Source: Eledone cirrhosa (taxonomy: Eukaryota). Taken from it: a stretch of DNA of 64,000 bases. The notes under the pieces are model-generated. The model had not been told where the DNA came from. It worked only from the letters and a program-made list of their open reading frames with translations, and ran no database searches. Position 1 is the stretch's first letter. Every line of letters begins with the position of its first letter. Made by a program: the position numbers and the translations under genes. Where the stretch lies: assembly GCA_964016885.1 (NCBI GenBank), contig OZ024741.1, positions 75,764,001 to 75,828,000 of the forward strand. Direction: 5' to 3'. Below are positions 59,890 to 64,000 of this stretch, piece by piece.

Positions 59890-61500
59890 TCTTCTTCTTC
59901 TTCTTTAACCACATATTACTGAGAGGGTCGTGCAGGCCGAGTCCTCAAACATGCCTTCCAGCAAATCCTGTCAGAAGCAACTGTCTCCAATTGATCCAGT
60001 TAATCCCCCAGCAAGACCAGCTAGGCTGATGGATGATATCCAACTATCTTGCTCGAGGCCTATCCCTGGGTCTCCTGCTGGTTGATTTTACCCATAAAAT
60101 CTGTCCACCAATTCTTTTCTGAGATATTCTAACCCCATGCCTGTAGTTTCAGAGCTATGATCTCTCAATTTAAAGAAGTTGCTGCTGTACCTAGAGGGAC
60201 TCTTTGATCACTGAGCTACACACTCTATCAAGTAATGTTACTCCAGGGTCCCTTCAGAGGAACCCCATTTCAGCCACTTGTATTTACGATCGTACTTTTT
60301 TACTCATTACCCAAGATTCATGATGATAGGTTAGGTTTGGCATGAATACCAAATTGAAGATAGCAAATTTGATTTTTACACCTAAATGTGCTGGTGCACA
60401 TTACTGCACCAGCTCCTGTAATTCTTACACCTAATTCAACCTCCTGCACGCCATCCCATGTGAACACGGCCCCAAAATACTTGAAATTCTCCACTTGCTT
60501 CAGTGGAAATTCATTCACATGTAGAGTGCACTGCACAGGCTTCCTTAAGAGGATGAGTATCACAGTCTTCCCAGCACTGATTTTAATTCTAGCCCTGCAG
60601 CACTCAGTACCAAACCTATGAAGTACATGCCGGAGATCACCTTTTGATGAGTTAAGTAATAGCATGTCACCTGCAAATTCCAGCCAACTGATCCTACATT
60701 CACCAGTTGTGATACCACTTGCAGCCTAGTTGCACATGTCAATCCTGTTAATGAAGATTATGAATGGGACAGGTGACAGTAAGCACCCTTGGCAGAGTCC
60801 AACACCCACATTGAATGGTTCGATTTAGCACCATTTATCCTAACACAAGTACTAGTGCATTCATATAGAGACATCAGGGTAACAAGAAGCTGTCCATCAA
60901 TCCCATACACCTGCAAGTCCTGTGGAACATGGTTATATGCCTTTCTGAGGTCTCCGAAGAAAGTCTACACCTCTTTGCAGTACTCTCATAATTTCTCAAA
61001 GACATGTTGCCGTCTGAATATTTGGTTGACTGTGCTGCGTTCGAGGCAAAATCCACACTGTTCATCAGCTAACTTGGACTCAACAATCACTCTACATCTC
61101 TTTGCCCGACATTAAACATAGACTTTACCAGGGAGGCTTAACAAGGAGACCCCTCTATAATTGAAGCAATCTCTCATTTCTCTTATTGAAAATAGAGATT
61201 GTCACTCCCGATTACCATTGCTTAGGTGCCTTCCAGAGATCCAGGCCACCTGGAACACAAGAATCAGCCAGAGAATACATTCTCTATTTAAGGAGGTTTT
61301 TAACATCTCGGGCCAAATTTCACCCTCCTCAGTGCCTTGTCAGATTTCAATTCTTTTATTGCACTTGTGACCTTAGCCTCCTAGAGATTGGTCATTGCTC
61401 CCAGATGCACTTCATGTACATCAGAAGATGCTGTTATGACCAGATTTAGAAGATCATCAAAGTATTCTCTCCACCTCGCGAGGATGCACCTCTCTGAGTG
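59890..61500 (-). mobile_element. Old degenerate non-LTR retrotransposon (RTE-like)
   Basis: LKQVENFKYFG fragment, QCGF-like and YRGVSLLS-like remnants, (GAA)n-like tail. Confidence 0.7.
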
Positions 61501-62552
61501 GTTTGTATGTTCCCGTTTTTTAAACTCATGTGGTGTTATTTGAGAGGAGTTTGGAAGCTAATTCTGTTAGTTCAAGCGACCGTATTGATAATTTATAGGT
61601 ACTTTACTGGGCGACGCTTTTTGATTTATCATGAGTAAGGTGGTGCTTCTGAATGTATTAAATTATGTTAGGGACCCTTAACTTATGTCACCGGTGTCAT
61701 TCAAATGGAGGAACATTGCAAGTGACACCGCCAACTTAGTATGTTTATGATTATGCGTAATAAATATTATTGCCGAGGTTAACTTTGCCTTTCATCCTTA
61801 CGGGGTCGATAAAATAAAGTACCAGTAATGCACTGGGTAATTGCTGGCCTTGTGCCAAAAGTATAAACAATTATATCATATGTGGCGTTTATCTAATATT
61901 AAGGTAAACGTTAATATATGTGGGTATCATATGGTGACCTACATGTTTGAGGTTCGAGCCTCCATCACCTGTATAGTTACATATTTCAATTCGTTACCAC
62001 CTACGCCACATCGCGGAATGGTTTCTCCCTAATTTTCGCAAAAGACGAAATGTATTTTTAATCATGAAACCATGAACGTTCGAATTTTCTCATAACTCAT
62101 ATTGACTTTTCAGCTGGACTTCAAATGGAGATTACGTATTTATTGTGGGCTTTTCCACAATACGTGCTGAACAAGCCAGATATATTAGAAACACGCGCGC
62201 ACATATACATATATGAGATGACCGAGAAGATTTCTTAAACAGTTTTGCTGTAGTTTTTTATTTGACCGTGTTATGTAGTCTAGATATAATAAAGGAAATT
62301 ATAATTGGAGACAATTATACTGTTACACCGGTGAATTATTGTTAATTTGGCTTGTCCTCTCGTCAAAGGAGATAGAAATGTAAGGAGATGCCAAATCACA
62401 CACCTCTTGTTATGTCAGTTGTCAATAAATATACAACTGTTTCTTCTTCTTTCGTCTAGATTGACTTCAATGAGCAGCTATAAATATTTACATTCCATAC
62501 TTAATATATCGTGAGATAAAAACAACGGAAGGAGAAGCAGGAAAAAAAAAAC

Positions 62553-62633
62553 ATGTCAGGAGATACTGCAAAACCGTTGACACTTCCGAGCGGCCCAGCT
62601 ACTCTATGCTTCGACAAAGATGACTTCATGAAG
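62553..62633 (+). CDS. COG2: First coding exon of conserved oligomeric Golgi complex subunit 2
   Basis: Translates MSGDTAKPLTLPSGPATLCFDKDDFMK followed by a GT donor (AAG|gtaaaa); matches the vertebrate COG2 N-terminus as I recall it (LPKGPDTLCFDKDEFMK). Confidence 0.88.
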
Positions 62634-63519
62634 GTAAAACTTCCTGGTTAACCCATATATAAATAGGAATATTAATTAACCCAATTTCACCAATATATTG
62701 CAAGGAGATTTTTCGTTTTTGGTATATAAAATGGCATACAAAATGAAAGTGAATAAAAACGAATTGGATGGAAGGGCGGCTAAGTTGTAACCAGGGGCGC
62801 CCGATAAAAATTTCAGTTAGGGACCCATGTATGTTTAATCAGCCCCTGCTATATTTTCGTTGTATATTTTCACCTTTTAGATTTTTTAATTTGTTGTGAA
62901 CATTTCTTTCAAAGTTTTTTTTTTTTTTTTTTTTTTGATGTTTTCGATACTGACCTGTCCTCTTACAAAAGAATGTCTGCAGTCAATTTTTCGCCCACCC
63001 CAAAAATTACCTCAACAAGGCAAGACAAAAGAAAAAAAGAATCTGGCCTAAGGTTCCAATAAGGCTTGCACGTGTCATTTAGTTTCATTTTATTGTCCGG
63101 TTTTCTTTAATTAATTTTCATTTTATTGTCTATCATTTTAAATATCTCAAACTAAACACCCCAATACAGTAGATCTTGACAATTCTATAGATGTATTATA
63201 ATGTTTATTTGTAAACAATAGTTGTTGCAGTTATTTAACCCTAGGTTAACCCCGATTTGACATAATTTAAGGAACATTTGGCTGCTATTTTAAGCTAGTG
63301 GAGTAACAACGCATAATCTTCCTCGTTTGTTCATATATTATTAGCTCAATCTAACAAACATATGATCAAAAATCGTTCCTGCCATGACCATCTCGTTTTT
63401 TAGAGGCATATATGACTAAATTATTTAATATGCCCGTTCTTTACTTCAGACAATATAGTTTGATTCAAAAGAGATTAGTCTGCTATTTCTGGTAGAAGTT
63501 TCCTCGTTTAATGTTTTAT

Positions 63520-64000
63520 GAAGGTGATGAATAGTAATATAAATGAACCACAAAGCATACATGAACTTAGAGAGAAACTGGGCATAGGAGGGATCAAATG
63601 CAGTGTACAGGAGAGGAGATTGCGTTGGTACAGACATGTGATGCATATGAAGGATGACAGCTGTATAAAACGGTGCAGAGTGCTCAGTGTTGATGGAAGC
63701 TATGGAATAGGAAAATTTGGGATGATGTGATAAAAGCTGACCCTGCACAATTGCCCCTCTCAAAGGCTGAGATCTCTGGTTTATGCAGTAATATAAAAGA
63801 CCTGCCTTCTCCCGTGCACAGGTTGAAACATACATCTAGTATGCACCTTCACCTACCACATCCCTAGATCTTCCCCAGACCACACTGTAAAGTGGTCATG
63901 TTAGTGACATGACAAAAAGTGGTCGTGTAAGCATCATGGCAAAAAGTGCCCAGCCCACACTGTAAAGTGGTCATGTAGGTTCATGGCAAAAAGTACCCAG
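63520..64000 (+). mobile_element. RTE LINE 3' fragment in COG2 intron 1
   Basis: LREKLGI...RRLRWY..VMHMKDD; RTE 3' UTR repeats cacactgtaaagtgg. Confidence 0.85.

Noticed and set aside
61995-62066. Minus-strand ORF start MIKNTFRLLRKLGRNHSAMWRR resembling a mitochondrial presequence
   Set aside because: No convincing donor/acceptor chain or homology; short basic peptides arise by chance

Overview
Repeat-saturated animal genomic DNA. The huge (TA)n tracts, RTE LINEs with (GAT)n tails and SINE types suggest a cephalopod such as octopus (inference). About 60 kb is transposon-derived: roughly 12 RTE fragments, several with a PHD-type finger inside the RT region, five Penelope-like element (PLE) remnants (RT and/or GIY-YIG), one CR1 LINE, one internally deleted Gypsy LTR element, SINEs and a probable non-autonomous Helitron. 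Most elements left of about 45.7 kb abut (TA)n microsatellite. The only recognisable host gene is the first coding exon of COG2 (62553-62633), which is too short for the ORF track. The main result is a dense set of minimal type I hammerhead ribozymes (HHRs) from at least 8 sequence families. It includes a 13.3-copy array of a structured 310-bp unit with one HHR per unit (a retrozyme/circRNA-like array), a 467-bp HHR tandem/fold-back family, fold-back elements with sense and antisense HHRs, and core variants (U3-A8, U4C). Each family has its own self-complementary stem III. All ribozyme calls were folded by eye, and none has been tested for activity.
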